DNA from: Myxococcota bacterium
Lineage (GTDB): Bacteria; Myxococcota_A; UBA796; UBA2385
Assembly: GCA_044344255.1 (NCBI GenBank)
Contig: JBIJDH010000010.1
Span: 64,001 to 128,000 of the forward strand
Length of the DNA: 64,000 nt
Direction: 5' to 3'
The translations under genes were made by a program, and so were the position numbers. Numbering within the stretch: position 1 is the stretch's first letter; every line of letters begins with the position of its first letter. The notes beneath the pieces were generated by a model. That model searched no databases and was not told the origin of the DNA. It was given only the letters and a program-made list of their open reading frames with translations. Positions 42,890 through 52,578 of this stretch are shown here, piece after piece.

Positions 42890-43998
42890 GGCTCGACCAC
42901 GCAGCGAAAGCCGATGGTGCCGTCGAAGTCGGGCAGATGCACGAGGGAGCCCTCGTCGAGCCCGCAGCCGCCGCCGGTGCCCGTGTACCAGGCACAGCCC
43001 CGCTTGTCCGGGACAGTGGAGCCGTCGTACTCCCGGGCGAGGGCCACCCTCCAGAGCGTGTCCGGATCGGCGAGGTCGACCGGGAGGAGCGCGACCGGGA
43101 TGAGCGTGTCGGTGCTGTGGTCTCGCTCGAGGTAACCGCGCGCGAAGAAGCTCTCGTGCGAGGGCTCGACCTGCGCCGAGGTGACGTAGAGGGTCCCGTC
43201 GGCCTCCGCGTAGACCGTGGAGGGGTGGAGCCCGGCGGCCTCGATTGACAGCGTCGAGAGCGACTCGAGCGCTTCGAGGCGGAGGAGCTCGTCGGTCGCG
43301 CCGGAGGGCACGATCTCGAGCGTCACCCCCTCCGCGGCCAAGGCGGCGAGGGCACCGTCGATGTCGAGGCGCTGCCCGGAGTCTGTCCACTCCCAGGCGT
43401 TGCCGATCTGATCGTAGACCCCGCCCTCTGTCCGGCACTCGGGCATCGAGCCGGTGGGCTGGAGCCCGTCGAACTGGAGCTCCCCCTCGTCGCTGAGCGT
43501 GACGCAGAGCGACTCATCGAAGGTCTCCCCCCACGGGAAGGCCGCGCCGCCGGCGCCGAGGACGCCGTCGCCAGCGTCCTCCCACTCGCTCGCCGTGGCG
43601 AGGTGCGGCGTGGCGTAGGCCCCCCCAGCGTCGTCGAGCACCACCCGCGCCTCACAGGCGGCCACCGCGTCGTCGTAGGTGATGCCTGTGATGGGCAGGG
43701 CCCCCGCCACCGAGGCGACGCTGGCGCCGGCCTCCGAGAGCTCGTAGGCGTCGATGCAGTAGGAGGGGCTGTCGCTGGGCACCGGCGCCATCCCGACGGG
43801 GCAGCCGTACTCAGCCGGAGGCTCGCCGCTGTCCCCCGGCGCCCCCGTGTCACCCCGGCCAGTGTCGCCACGACCGGTGTCACCCCTGCCCGAGTCGGCG
43901 TGGGCGGAGCCCTCCGCGTCGCTGGGCTTCGCCTGCATGGCCGGGCGCGCGCAGCCGAGGGGCAGCAGGACGAGGGGCCAGAGTCGGAGGGTGAGCAC
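42877..43998 (-). CDS. FGE-sulfatase (SUMF1-like) domain lipoprotein
   Basis: Lipobox [34 protein letters not shown] and IGFRC. Confidence 0.8.
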   Translation of the reverse strand: MLTLRLWPLVLLPLGCARPAMQAKPSDAEGSAHADSGRGDTGRGDTGRGDTGAPGDSGEPPAEYGCPVGMAPVPSDSPSYCIDAYELSEAGASVASVAGALPITGITYDDAVAACEARVVLDDAGGAYATPHLATASEWEDAGDGVLGAGGAAFPWGETFDESLCVTLSDEGELQFDGLQPTGSMPECRTEGGVYDQIGNAWEWTDSGQRLDIDGALAALAAEGVTLEIVPSGATDELLRLEALESLSTLSIEAAGLHPSTVYAEADGTLYVTSAQVEPSHESFFARGYLERDHSTDTLIPVALLPVDLADPDTLWRVALAREYDGSTVPDKRGCAWYTGTGGGCGLDEGSLVHLPDFDGTIGFRCVVEPYAR

Positions 43999-44050
43999 GG
44001 CCCATCCTACACCCCGGCACGGCCGCCGCGGGCGCACCCCGACGCGCGGG

Positions 44051-44923
44051 CTACTTTCCCTTGAACTCGATGAAGACCGCGTACCCGTCGATGCTCCCGA
44101 GGGTGCGCGCGTCGAACTCGAAGCCCCCACCCTCGCAGGTGTAGGTGGAGATCGAGGCCTTGGGGACGAAGAAGAAGCCGTCGGCCGCCGCCGACGTCGA
44201 GGCGTTGGCCGTGCCGCCGGTGGCGAACATGCCGTCGGCGCTGTCGGCGTCGGAGTAGTGAACCGGGTACTCGCAGGCCGGACAGGTGACCATGCCGCCG
44301 TCCATCGGCAGACCGCCGTCGTCCAGCACGCGGCCGGCCATGAAGCGGAAGGTCTCGTCGGTGGGGCCGTCGTAGCCGACGAGGTCTGCGATGTAAGCGG
44401 CGCGCAGCTCTTGAGAGACGACCCGCGCGGAGACGTCGGTGAGGGCGTCACCCGCGCCGAGGCCGGAGAGCATCTCGGCGCTGATGCCGGTGGCGGAGGT
44501 CATCAGGAGGTCTTCACCGCTGTCGGGGCAGTCATCGACCACGATGAAGGCGCCGATCGAGGGGACCTCCTGGATGCCCGCCACCACGAAGACGCCGTCT
44601 GCGCAGAGCTTGGAGGAGGCGAGGATGGTGGGCTCTTGCCCGGCGAGGGCCGGGGAAGGGTCAATCGCCGTGACGCAGGCGCCCTCTGGGACGGGGGTGC
44701 CGGAGTCCTGGTAGAAGGCCACGCCCTCGATCCGCACGCCGGAGGCGTACAGGCTCTCGTCGCCACAGGCCTGCACGATCTCGGGGCCGGTGTCCTCGGG
44801 GATGAAGTCCCAGACATAGGCGATGTCTCGACCCCAACAACCGCTGAGCAGCGCGAGCGCGAGGCCGAGGCTGGACAGGCGGCGGGAAGGGCGGCTGGGC
44901 AGGCTGGGGTCGGATGTGGTCAC
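44051..44923 (-). CDS. Hypothetical lipoprotein with carboxypeptidase-regulatory-like beta-sandwich segments
   Basis: Lipobox LSGC; IEGV..GTPVPEGACV and AGRVLD..G.PM.G..VT patterns; GAGGGGAG RBS. Confidence 0.65.
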   Translation of the reverse strand: MTTSDPSLPSRPSRRLSSLGLALALLSGCWGRDIAYVWDFIPEDTGPEIVQACGDESLYASGVRIEGVAFYQDSGTPVPEGACVTAIDPSPALAGQEPTILASSKLCADGVFVVAGIQEVPSIGAFIVVDDCPDSGEDLLMTSATGISAEMLSGLGAGDALTDVSARVVSQELRAAYIADLVGYDGPTDETFRFMAGRVLDDGGLPMDGGMVTCPACEYPVHYSDADSADGMFATGGTANASTSAAADGFFFVPKASISTYTCEGGGFEFDARTLGSIDGYAVFIEFKGK

Positions 44924-45066
44924 GTTAGCTCCCCTCGAACCGGCCCCCTATTCCAGGATTCGGTCCCCCGCGAGTGACGCTCGGGTGAATCGTCACACTT
45001 TCCGCGCCCCTCCTGCCTGCGGGGCGCACCGCGGGTTAACGGGCGCGCTCCGGAACGGGGGATCTC

Positions 45067-46614
45067 ATGACTTCGCAGCACACGCTTCCGCACGCACACG
45101 AGGGCGGCCAGCGCGCCCAGCAGGCCTCATCCGCAGAGGCCCGAGGCGCTCGGATCCTGCGCTCCACCACCCTGCTGGTGCCCCTCTTCGCGGCGGCGGG
45201 CCTCGCCCACGCCGGCTCGATCTCCGCCCCGGGCACGCTCGCCGGCCCCGACTCCGGCGCCGCCACCCCCGATCCCGCGGCCGCCTACTTCAACCCTGCG
45301 GCCCTCGGCGGCACGGAGGGCGTGAAGCTGATGATGGACACCCAGGTGGCCTTCATCCGCGTCGACGTCACCTCCACCCGCTACTCCCCCATCGGCGAGG
45401 CCGCCTGCGGGGACAGCTACGAGGCCGGCATCGACCCCAACACCTGCGCCCCCTACAAGGGCTCGAAGGCGCGGGTCCAGGTGCCGGTGGCCATGCTCGG
45501 CGTGAGCTGGAAGGTCATCCCCGACCGCCTCGCCCTCGGCCTCGCCATCTCCGACGCCTTCGTGGGCGGCGGCGACTACCGCGCCGGAGAGCCCGACAAC
45601 GAGGCCCCCTTCGAGGGCTCCCAGCGCTACGCCGGCGTCATGACCAAGATCATCACGCTCCACGCCAACCCGGCCGTGGCCGTCACCATCGTCGATGGTG
45701 TGCACGTCGGCGGCGGCGGCAAGATCATCTACGACAGCATCGAGGCCATCCAGGCGGCTGACCTCACGGGCACCGAAGGTTGGGACCCCGACCACCCCGA
45801 GGAGCCCTACTCCCGCGACTCCTACCTCGAGGGCAAGGCCTCCGGCCTCCACTTCGGCTGGGAGGCCGGCGTCTTCGTCAACCGCTGGAAGTACGCCCAG
45901 GTGGGCCTCTCCTACCACCACAACGGCGCCTTCTCCGCCGAGGGCGACGGCTCGCTCAACCTGCCGGACTCCATCGGCGCCGATCAGGACGCCAACGTCT
46001 CCTTCGACCTGCCTTTGCCCGACGTCATGATGTTCTGGGCCAACTCCCAGGTCACCGACAAGCTCATGGTGGGGGCCGGCGCCGACTGGCAGCTCTGGAA
46101 CAACTGCTGCGGCGGCGAGGACGGTGACATCATCATCGGCCTCACCAGCACCGACGACGGCGACGCCATCGGCACCGACGAGGCCGACGGGCTCGGCGGC
46201 ATCGTGGTCGACGACAAGCAGTATTCCCCTCGCCGCCTCTGGAACTCGGTCAACTACGGGGCCAACGCCGGCTGGCAGGTGACCGACCCCGTCTGGATCG
46301 GCGGCCGCGTCGGCTACAACCAGAACGCGGTGCCCGACTACGCCGTCTCCGCGACCAACCTCGACTTCCAGTCGATCGGCGTCCAGGCCGCCGGCCGCTA
46401 CAAGATCGGCAAGAAGCTCACCCTGGGCCTGTCCTACTCGAAGTTCTTCACCTTCGAGCGGACCATCACCGACTCCGCCTGGAACGATCAGCAGGGAGAC
46501 CGCGCAGGCTGGGACCCCCGCTTCACCCCCCAGGTGCCCTACAAGGCCGGCACCAACGGCACCTACAAGAGCAAGGTCGATGTGGTCGGCCTGCGGGTCG
46601 GCGCCGACTTCTGA
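45067..46614 (+). CDS. fadL: FadL/OmpP1/TodX-family outer-membrane transporter
   Basis: DPAAAYFNPAAL hatch motif, LPLPD, amphipathic strands and C-terminal Phe. Confidence 0.8.
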   Translation: MTSQHTLPHAHEGGQRAQQASSAEARGARILRSTTLLVPLFAAAGLAHAGSISAPGTLAGPDSGAATPDPAAAYFNPAALGGTEGVKLMMDTQVAFIRVDVTSTRYSPIGEAACGDSYEAGIDPNTCAPYKGSKARVQVPVAMLGVSWKVIPDRLALGLAISDAFVGGGDYRAGEPDNEAPFEGSQRYAGVMTKIITLHANPAVAVTIVDGVHVGGGGKIIYDSIEAIQAADLTGTEGWDPDHPEEPYSRDSYLEGKASGLHFGWEAGVFVNRWKYAQVGLSYHHNGAFSAEGDGSLNLPDSIGADQDANVSFDLPLPDVMMFWANSQVTDKLMVGAGADWQLWNNCCGGEDGDIIIGLTSTDDGDAIGTDEADGLGGIVVDDKQYSPRRLWNSVNYGANAGWQVTDPVWIGGRVGYNQNAVPDYAVSATNLDFQSIGVQAAGRYKIGKKLTLGLSYSKFFTFERTITDSAWNDQQGDRAGWDPRFTPQVPYKAGTNGTYKSKVDVVGLRVGADF

Positions 46615-46620
46615 GGCCCC

Positions 46621-47787
46621 ATGCGCGCCGTCCTCCTGCTCTGGCTCCCCCTCTTCGGCTGCGGCTCGGACGTCTTCGTCACCGAGAAGGGCCGCTGTGA
46701 CGGCCAGCTCCAGGAGACCGAGGGCGGGGTTGACGAGCCCTTCGACTCCGACGGCGACGGCTTCTTCGACGGGGCCAACCCCGACTGCGGAGAGACCTAC
46801 CCCGCCGACCGCCTCGACTGTGACGACGGCGACCCCGCCATCCACCCCGGCGCCGCCGAGCTCGGGTGTAACGGCATCGACGACGACTGCGACGAGGCCA
46901 CCGAGGACGACGCGGACGGCGACGGCGACGGCGTGGGGGTCTGCGCCGACTGCGCCGACGGCGACCCCACCCGCCGGCCCGGCGCCGCTGAGCTCGGCTG
47001 CAACGGCATCGACGACGACTGCGACGAGGCCACGCCAGACGAGGATGACGCCGATGGGGACGGCGCGAGCTCCTGCGAGGACTGCGACGACGGGGACAGC
47101 AACCGCGCGCCGGGGCGCGTCGAGATCCTGTGCAACGACATCGACGACGACTGCGACGCGGCCACGGTCGACGCCCTCGACGCCGACCTCGACGGGGCCA
47201 GCTCCTGTGAGGACTGCGACGATGACGCCCCGGACGTGCACCCGGGCGCCCTCGAGGTCCCCTGCACCGGCATCGACGAGGACTGCGAGGCCGCCACACC
47301 CGACGCGCCCGACCTCGACGCCGACGGCTGGAGCGCCTGTGAGGACTGCGACGAGGGGGACACCGCCGTCTCCCCCGGCGCCGAAGAGCTCTGCGACAAC
47401 GGCATAGACGACGACTGCGACGACGAGATCGACGAGCTCTGCGACGTCTCCTACTCAGACTCCTGGACCCTCGACGACACGATCCAGTATTCTTGCGTCT
47501 GGGGCCTCGTGTCGGTCAACTTCTCGAAGCTCAACATCCTCGACGCCCGCCCCGACATCACGGTGGCGCCGCCTTCGGGCTCGCAGCCCGGTACGATGAG
47601 CGGCAGCTTCACCGGCACCACGACGTTTACGGCCGAGAACATCCTCACCGGGAGCTGCGACGAGATCTATACGATCGAGGGCGAGTTCCCGACGGCCACC
47701 ACGCTGAGCGGCACCCTCTCGATCAGCTTCGTGGGCACCTGCTTCGACTGCACCGCCCAGTCTTTCCCCTTCACGGGCAGCCGCTGA
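46621..47787 (+). CDS. Lipoprotein with MopE-related putative metal-binding repeats
   Basis: Lipobox LFGC; five DxDGDG..DCDD..PGA.E.C.GIDDDCD repeats. Confidence 0.88.
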   Translation: MRAVLLLWLPLFGCGSDVFVTEKGRCDGQLQETEGGVDEPFDSDGDGFFDGANPDCGETYPADRLDCDDGDPAIHPGAAELGCNGIDDDCDEATEDDADGDGDGVGVCADCADGDPTRRPGAAELGCNGIDDDCDEATPDEDDADGDGASSCEDCDDGDSNRAPGRVEILCNDIDDDCDAATVDALDADLDGASSCEDCDDDAPDVHPGALEVPCTGIDEDCEAATPDAPDLDADGWSACEDCDEGDTAVSPGAEELCDNGIDDDCDDEIDELCDVSYSDSWTLDDTIQYSCVWGLVSVNFSKLNILDARPDITVAPPSGSQPGTMSGSFTGTTTFTAENILTGSCDEIYTIEGEFPTATTLSGTLSISFVGTCFDCTAQSFPFTGSR

Positions 47788-47829
47788 GCTCGGCCGTGGG
47801 GGCCCTCACCGGGGTCGTCGCGGGGGCCC

Positions 47830-48939
47830 TCACAGGTCGTCGCGGGTGATCTCCTCGTCGCCGCTGCCCACGCTCTCCGGCAGGCCGCTGCGCTCGACCA
47901 CCGTGTCGAAGCGGTCCCCTGTCCACGCCTCGAGCTCCACGAGGGCGCCCTCCTCGATCGTGAAGCGGAGCAGGCTGCGGGCGGAGGTGGGGCTGGTGCC
48001 GATGAGCTGGCGCGCCCCGTCGCCGAGGCAGGCGGTGGCGACGAGGCGGAGGTCCCCGCGGCGGCCGGGGTAGTAGGCGTGGTGGTGGCCGGCGATGAAG
48101 GCGGTGACCGCGTGGGCGTTCAGGAGGTCCTCGAGGTCGGTGTCGAAGAGGGCCTCGCTCTCTCTCCCGATCGCCACCGGATAGAGCGGAACGTGGCCAT
48201 AGACCACGCGCGCGCTGGCGGGGGTGGAGAGCATCCGATCGAGCCAGCTCAATTGTTCGCTTTCGAGCGGGCCGACGAGGGTGTCGTCGAGGGAGACGAA
48301 GAGCACGTCGCCCTGGAGGAAGGCGTAGCGGAATGGAAAATCAGCGCTGTCGACAAAATCGACCGCCGGCAGACGGTCGGCCCAGGCGAGGGCGAAGGCA
48401 TCGCGCTCCTCTGAGTAGCCGGAGTAGCCGCTGGCGTCGTGGTTGCCAGGGGTGACGGCGAAGGGGAGCCCGGCGAGCGCGAGGGGGTCAGAGACCGTCT
48501 CGTGGAAGGACGCCCACATCGCCGCGTAGTCGAGGCCGCTCTTCTGTCCGGCCACCATGTCGCCGGTGGTGAGCACGAGGTCGGGGGGATCGGCGATCAG
48601 GGCCTCCACCGCCCCGCTCACCTCGGCCCGATAGGCCGTGGAGCCATAGCTGCCGTTGAGGTCGGAGAGGACCGCCACCCGCAGCGGCGCGGGCGGCGGG
48701 GGAGGCTCCGCGGTGTCGTCGGGGCCGCCCGAGTCGGGCCGCGGGCTCGTGTCGCCGCCACCGTCCCCGGCGCCGCCGTCCTCCCCGGCGCCGCCGTCGC
48801 CCTCGCCTCCCCCTCCCTCACCTCCCCCGCTGGAGCCGCCCGGCAGGGCCCCCACGGGCTCGGGATCGGCGGTGCGCAGCTCGGCCACCCGCTCGGAGCA
48901 GGCGAGGAGGAGGGGCAGGCAGAGGCGGGCGGCGCGCAT
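47830..48939 (-). CDS. Metallophosphoesterase lipoprotein
   Basis: Lipobox LLAC; SDLN, TGDMVAG, PGNHD, GHVP and GHHH. Confidence 0.88.
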   Translation of the reverse strand: MRAARLCLPLLLACSERVAELRTADPEPVGALPGGSSGGGEGGGGEGDGGAGEDGGAGDGGGDTSPRPDSGGPDDTAEPPPPPAPLRVAVLSDLNGSYGSTAYRAEVSGAVEALIADPPDLVLTTGDMVAGQKSGLDYAAMWASFHETVSDPLALAGLPFAVTPGNHDASGYSGYSEERDAFALAWADRLPAVDFVDSADFPFRYAFLQGDVLFVSLDDTLVGPLESEQLSWLDRMLSTPASARVVYGHVPLYPVAIGRESEALFDTDLEDLLNAHAVTAFIAGHHHAYYPGRRGDLRLVATACLGDGARQLIGTSPTSARSLLRFTIEEGALVELEAWTGDRFDTVVERSGLPESVGSGDEEITRDDL

Positions 48940-48992
48940 CGTCCGAGTGTAGCCGAAGGTCGCCCCGCGGTGTCGCCCGGTGGGGGCACCGT

Positions 48993-50561
48993 TCAGGCGA
49001 CGTGGGCGAGGTCGCGCTCCAGGGCCACCCGCACCGCGCCGATGCCATAGCCGCGGCACACCACGAACCGCACGGACTCGGCGGTCGCTCGGCAGCGGTC
49101 GAAGACGTCGTGGCCCGCGAAGCGCTTGAGGAAGAGCACGAGGTCGAAGCGTCCGCTCTTGATCTGCGCGACGGCCGAGGTGACCGCACGAGGCGCCTTG
49201 TCGGGGATCGCTGGCCAGGCCACGGAGGCGAAGCCGAAGGCCGCCTGCAAGGCGTCGCGGGCGTAAGGGCGGGGGTCTCCGCCGACAAGGATGACCCGCA
49301 TGCCCTGGGTCTGTCCTCGCAGCGGCCAGTCGGCGGGGAGGGGCTGCTCATCGTCGGCCTCCGCGGGCGCCTCCCGGTCCCGCGCCGCCTCCGCCTGCTC
49401 CCGGTGCAGGGCCTTCCGCAGCGCCTTCCAAGGGCCCTCACCCGCCTGCCCATCGAGCAGGTCGGCGTGGCCGCGCAGCGCGCCGAGCAGGCGGGGCTCC
49501 TTGGCGGAGACGCCTCGCTCGACCAGGACCCTCAGGCAAGCCAGCGCCTCGGCGCGGCGGCCCTGGGCGAGGTGCTCGCGGAGGCAGCGGAGGAGGTCGT
49601 CGACGCTCCGCGGGGCCGGGGTCTTGACGGGCGCATCGCCGAGGAGGGCGTCCAGCGCGGCCTCGGCGGCGAGGGCGTCCTCGGCCCAGCCACCGCGACG
49701 GGGCCGGTGGTCCTTGGCGAGCCCATGGGCGGGCTGGGGCATGGCGCCCTTGGCCAGGGGGCGGAGCGCGCGCATCGTTCGGTCGGCGACCGCCCGATCG
49801 GCGACCGAGAGGGCAGGGAGATCGAGGACCACCCGGACGCGCGCGGAGAGCCACTCGAGCAGGGCGTGGCGGAGGTCGGGAGAGACCTGCGGGTCCGCCC
49901 ACTCCGAGGCGTCCACCGCCGCCCGAAGCGCCGTCACCTCGAGGTGCAGCGCGCCCCCGTCGGCGGTCTGTGCGCAGAGCGGACCGACCTTTCGGCGGAT
50001 GGCGCTGGCCGAGCGCGGGCCGGTGGGGACCATGGTGACGAAGTCTTCGCGCCGCGAGCCGTTCAGGCTCGCCGCCAACGCCGCACAGAGAGAGGCCCCG
50101 ACCGGCACGACCGCGGCGGCCGACGGGGGCTCCACGAGCCGCTCGGCCGCGGGGACCGGCGCCACGACCGGCTCCGCGACCGGAGCCATGACCGGAGCCA
50201 TGACTGGCTCAACAACGAGCGCCACGATGGGCGCAACGACCGCCCCGACGTCTGCCTCGACGACTGCCCCGACGACTGCCTCGACGACTGCCTCGACGAC
50301 CGGCTCCGGCTGAGCGGCGCGGAGGAGGGCGCCGAGGTGGGCGGCGCCGAGGGCCCGCAGGGCGTGGTCGAGCGCGTCCTGCTCTGCGGCGATGGCCCCA
50401 CGGAGCCGGAGCGAGGCCTCCGGGTCCAGGGCAGCGGCCCGAAGCGAGGTCGAGAGACGCGACCAGGCCTGTCTGGCCCGCGCCTCCGGAGTGGCCTCGT
50501 TCGTGGAGAGAGGGGATGGAGCATCACTCTGAAGAGGTTCGAGACACATTGCGACACACAT
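48993..50561 (-). CDS. Hypothetical protein with C-terminal DUF2325-like alpha/beta domain
   Basis: C-terminal VILVGGD...FDLVLFLKRFAGH...GYG; N-terminal low-complexity Val/Ala/Glu/Pro tract; start uncertain. Confidence 0.6.
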   Translation of the reverse strand: MCVAMCLEPLQSDAPSPLSTNEATPEARARQAWSRLSTSLRAAALDPEASLRLRGAIAAEQDALDHALRALGAAHLGALLRAAQPEPVVEAVVEAVVGAVVEADVGAVVAPIVALVVEPVMAPVMAPVAEPVVAPVPAAERLVEPPSAAAVVPVGASLCAALAASLNGSRREDFVTMVPTGPRSASAIRRKVGPLCAQTADGGALHLEVTALRAAVDASEWADPQVSPDLRHALLEWLSARVRVVLDLPALSVADRAVADRTMRALRPLAKGAMPQPAHGLAKDHRPRRGGWAEDALAAEAALDALLGDAPVKTPAPRSVDDLLRCLREHLAQGRRAEALACLRVLVERGVSAKEPRLLGALRGHADLLDGQAGEGPWKALRKALHREQAEAARDREAPAEADDEQPLPADWPLRGQTQGMRVILVGGDPRPYARDALQAAFGFASVAWPAIPDKAPRAVTSAVAQIKSGRFDLVLFLKRFAGHDVFDRCRATAESVRFVVCRGYGIGAVRVALERDLAHVA

Positions 50562-50653
50562 GGAGCCTCCGGGCTGTCCCGGTAGAGACACCTCCGCCCG
50601 GCCCCTCCGGACAGGCACTCTGCTGTTTTGTCGGCCGCTCCCCCCGACGCCGC

Positions 50654-51358
50654 TCAGCCCCGACGCGCCGCCTCCTCTGTGCGCAGCCGCTCCAGCCCTG
50701 CGAGGAGGAGCTCGAGGCCGAATTCGAGCGCGTGGAGGCCGTCGTGCTCCCCCGCCGCCACGAGCGCGGTGAGACGACGCAGCCCCGGGTGCTCGGCCTC
50801 TCGCAGTGTGGGCAGATAGGCCGCGGCCATCGCCTGGTACTCACCCGCCTGGAAGGGGAAGTTCAGCCGCTGCAACGTGAAGCCGTAGAGGTGGCTGTCG
50901 AGGGCGTTCCAGGCATGATCGGCGAGGGCAGGTGAAAATCCAGCCTCGAACAGGCAGCGGAGGGTCGCGTCGACGTAACGGAGCATCGCCGGGCCGACGT
51001 TGACCCTGGACATCAAGAGGCCGCAGGCCCAGGGGTGCCGTAGCAGGACCGCGTGCGCAGAGTGAGCGCGGCGACGCATGGCCTCGGCCCAGGGCAAGGC
51101 CACGCTCGGGACCTCGATCTCGGCCACGACGAGGTCGACGATGCCATCGAGCAGGTCGTCCTTGTGGGCGACGTGGTTGTAGAGCGACATCGCCTGGACG
51201 CCGAGCGCGGCGGCCAGGGCCCGCATGCTCAGCGCGGCGAGGCCCTGCTCGTCGGCCATCTGCACCGCCGCGCGCAGCACCCGCTCGCGGCTCAGCGGCG
51301 CGCGGGCGGCTCGGTCGATCGTCTCCATCGGCGCTGCTCCTCGTGTCCCCGCCTTCAT
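50654..51358 (-). CDS. TetR-family transcriptional regulator (TetR_C type)
   Basis: LSRERVLRAA..LSMRALAAALGVQAMSLYNHV.HKDDLL HTH; EFGLELLLAGL; TGATG overlap with the upstream gene. Confidence 0.92.
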   Translation of the reverse strand: MKAGTRGAAPMETIDRAARAPLSRERVLRAAVQMADEQGLAALSMRALAAALGVQAMSLYNHVAHKDDLLDGIVDLVVAEIEVPSVALPWAEAMRRRAHSAHAVLLRHPWACGLLMSRVNVGPAMLRYVDATLRCLFEAGFSPALADHAWNALDSHLYGFTLQRLNFPFQAGEYQAMAAAYLPTLREAEHPGLRRLTALVAAGEHDGLHALEFGLELLLAGLERLRTEEAARRG

Positions 51359-52389
51359 CAGAGGAGGACGACGCTCTTCCCGCGGCTGTGGCCCTGACCG
51401 AGGGCGCGCATCGCCTCGGGGAGCTCGTCGAGCCGGTAACGTCGCTCGATGACCGGGCGCACGCTCCCTGCGCAGCAGAGCTCGGCCACCGCGAGGAGAT
51501 CGGCCGGGTTGGGCTTGGCGATCAGCGGGACGAAGCGCTCCTTGTTCCAAATGTTGCTGAGCAGGCCGCCGATCGTGTCGAACATCGGCCCGACCCAGGT
51601 GTGCTCGGCCCCGCCCGCGCCGGCGACGAGGCGGCCCCCCGGGCGCAAAACCCCGCGCAAGGCGGCGTGGCGGTGGTTGCCGACGAGGTCGAGGATGAGG
51701 TCATAGCGGGGGCCGCCGCCAGTAAAGTCCTCCCGACCGTAGTCGATGACGTGGTGGGCCCCGAGCGAGCGCACGAGCTCGACGTTACGCCCACTGCAGA
51801 CCCCAGTGACCTCAGCGCCGAGCTGCGCCGCGAGCTGCACCGCGAAGGTGCCCACCCCGCCCGCCGCCCCGTTGATCAGCACGGACTGCCCGGCCTGGAG
51901 GCCGCCCGCGTCGCGCAGGCCCTGAAGGGCGGTGGTGGCCGAGACCGGCAGGCAGGCCGCGTCTTCGAGGCTGAGCCCCGCGGGGACCCGCGCGAGCTCG
52001 GCCTCGGTGGCCACGACGACCTCGGCGAAGCCGCCGCCCGAGAGCTCGCCCATCACCGCGTCACCGGGGCGGAGCGAGGCCACCGCGGGCCCGACGGCGA
52101 TCACCCGGCCGGCGACCGCCATCCCCGGGATGGGCCGCTTGGGGCGCATGAGGCCGAAGCCCGCGAGCCGCAAAAGGTACGGCGTGCCGGTGAGCAGGTG
52201 CCAGTCGCCCTTGTGCAAGGAGACCGCCACCACCTGCACGGCCACGCCGGCCGCACCGAGGGCCGGCCGCTCCACCATTTGGAGCCGTAGCCCCTCCGGC
52301 GGCCCATACGCGGACTGGACCATCGCGCGCATGGGAGCTGGCACCAAGGGGAAAGAAGACTCGGGGAGGGAGGGCAAGGGAGCCTGCAT
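51358..52389 (-). CDS. NAD(P)-dependent medium-chain dehydrogenase/reductase (quinone-reductase-like)
   Basis: MRAMVQSAYGPP, TALQGL, VLINGAAGGVGTFAVQLA, LGAHHVIDY and GKSVV. The start may be 52332. Confidence 0.9.
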   Translation of the reverse strand: MQAPLPSLPESSFPLVPAPMRAMVQSAYGPPEGLRLQMVERPALGAAGVAVQVVAVSLHKGDWHLLTGTPYLLRLAGFGLMRPKRPIPGMAVAGRVIAVGPAVASLRPGDAVMGELSGGGFAEVVVATEAELARVPAGLSLEDAACLPVSATTALQGLRDAGGLQAGQSVLINGAAGGVGTFAVQLAAQLGAEVTGVCSGRNVELVRSLGAHHVIDYGREDFTGGGPRYDLILDLVGNHRHAALRGVLRPGGRLVAGAGGAEHTWVGPMFDTIGGLLSNIWNKERFVPLIAKPNPADLLAVAELCCAGSVRPVIERRYRLDELPEAMRALGQGHSRGKSVVLL

Positions 52390-52450
52390 GGTCACTCTCG
52401 AACGAAGGGGGCGAGGAGGCGGACCCGAGGGTCGGCGGGCCGGAGAGCAC

Positions 52451-52498
52451 ACTTACAGCGTACACCTACGTTGTATACTTACAACGTATACCCGTCAA
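52451..52498 (-). promoter_or_regulatory. Putative TetR operators overlapping a sigma70-like promoter for the MDR-tetR operon
   Basis: Perfect inverted repeat TACGTTGTA-tact-TACAACGTA (52467-52488); direct repeat ACTTACA(g/a)CGTA(c/t)ACC at 52451 and 52477; minus-strand TTGACG-17 nt-TACAAC. Confidence 0.65.
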
Positions 52499-52578
52499 GG
52501 CCCCGGAGGCGACCCGCCTGCGGACCCGCTCGATCGCCCGCCGCGCCGGCCGCGTTAGCCCCGCCCCTCGGAGCTCCC

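Noticed and set aside
52400..52578. Cobalamin riboswitch upstream of the btuF-like gene
   Set aside because: No B12-box or other conserved riboswitch elements are seen; the region is better explained by TetR operators.
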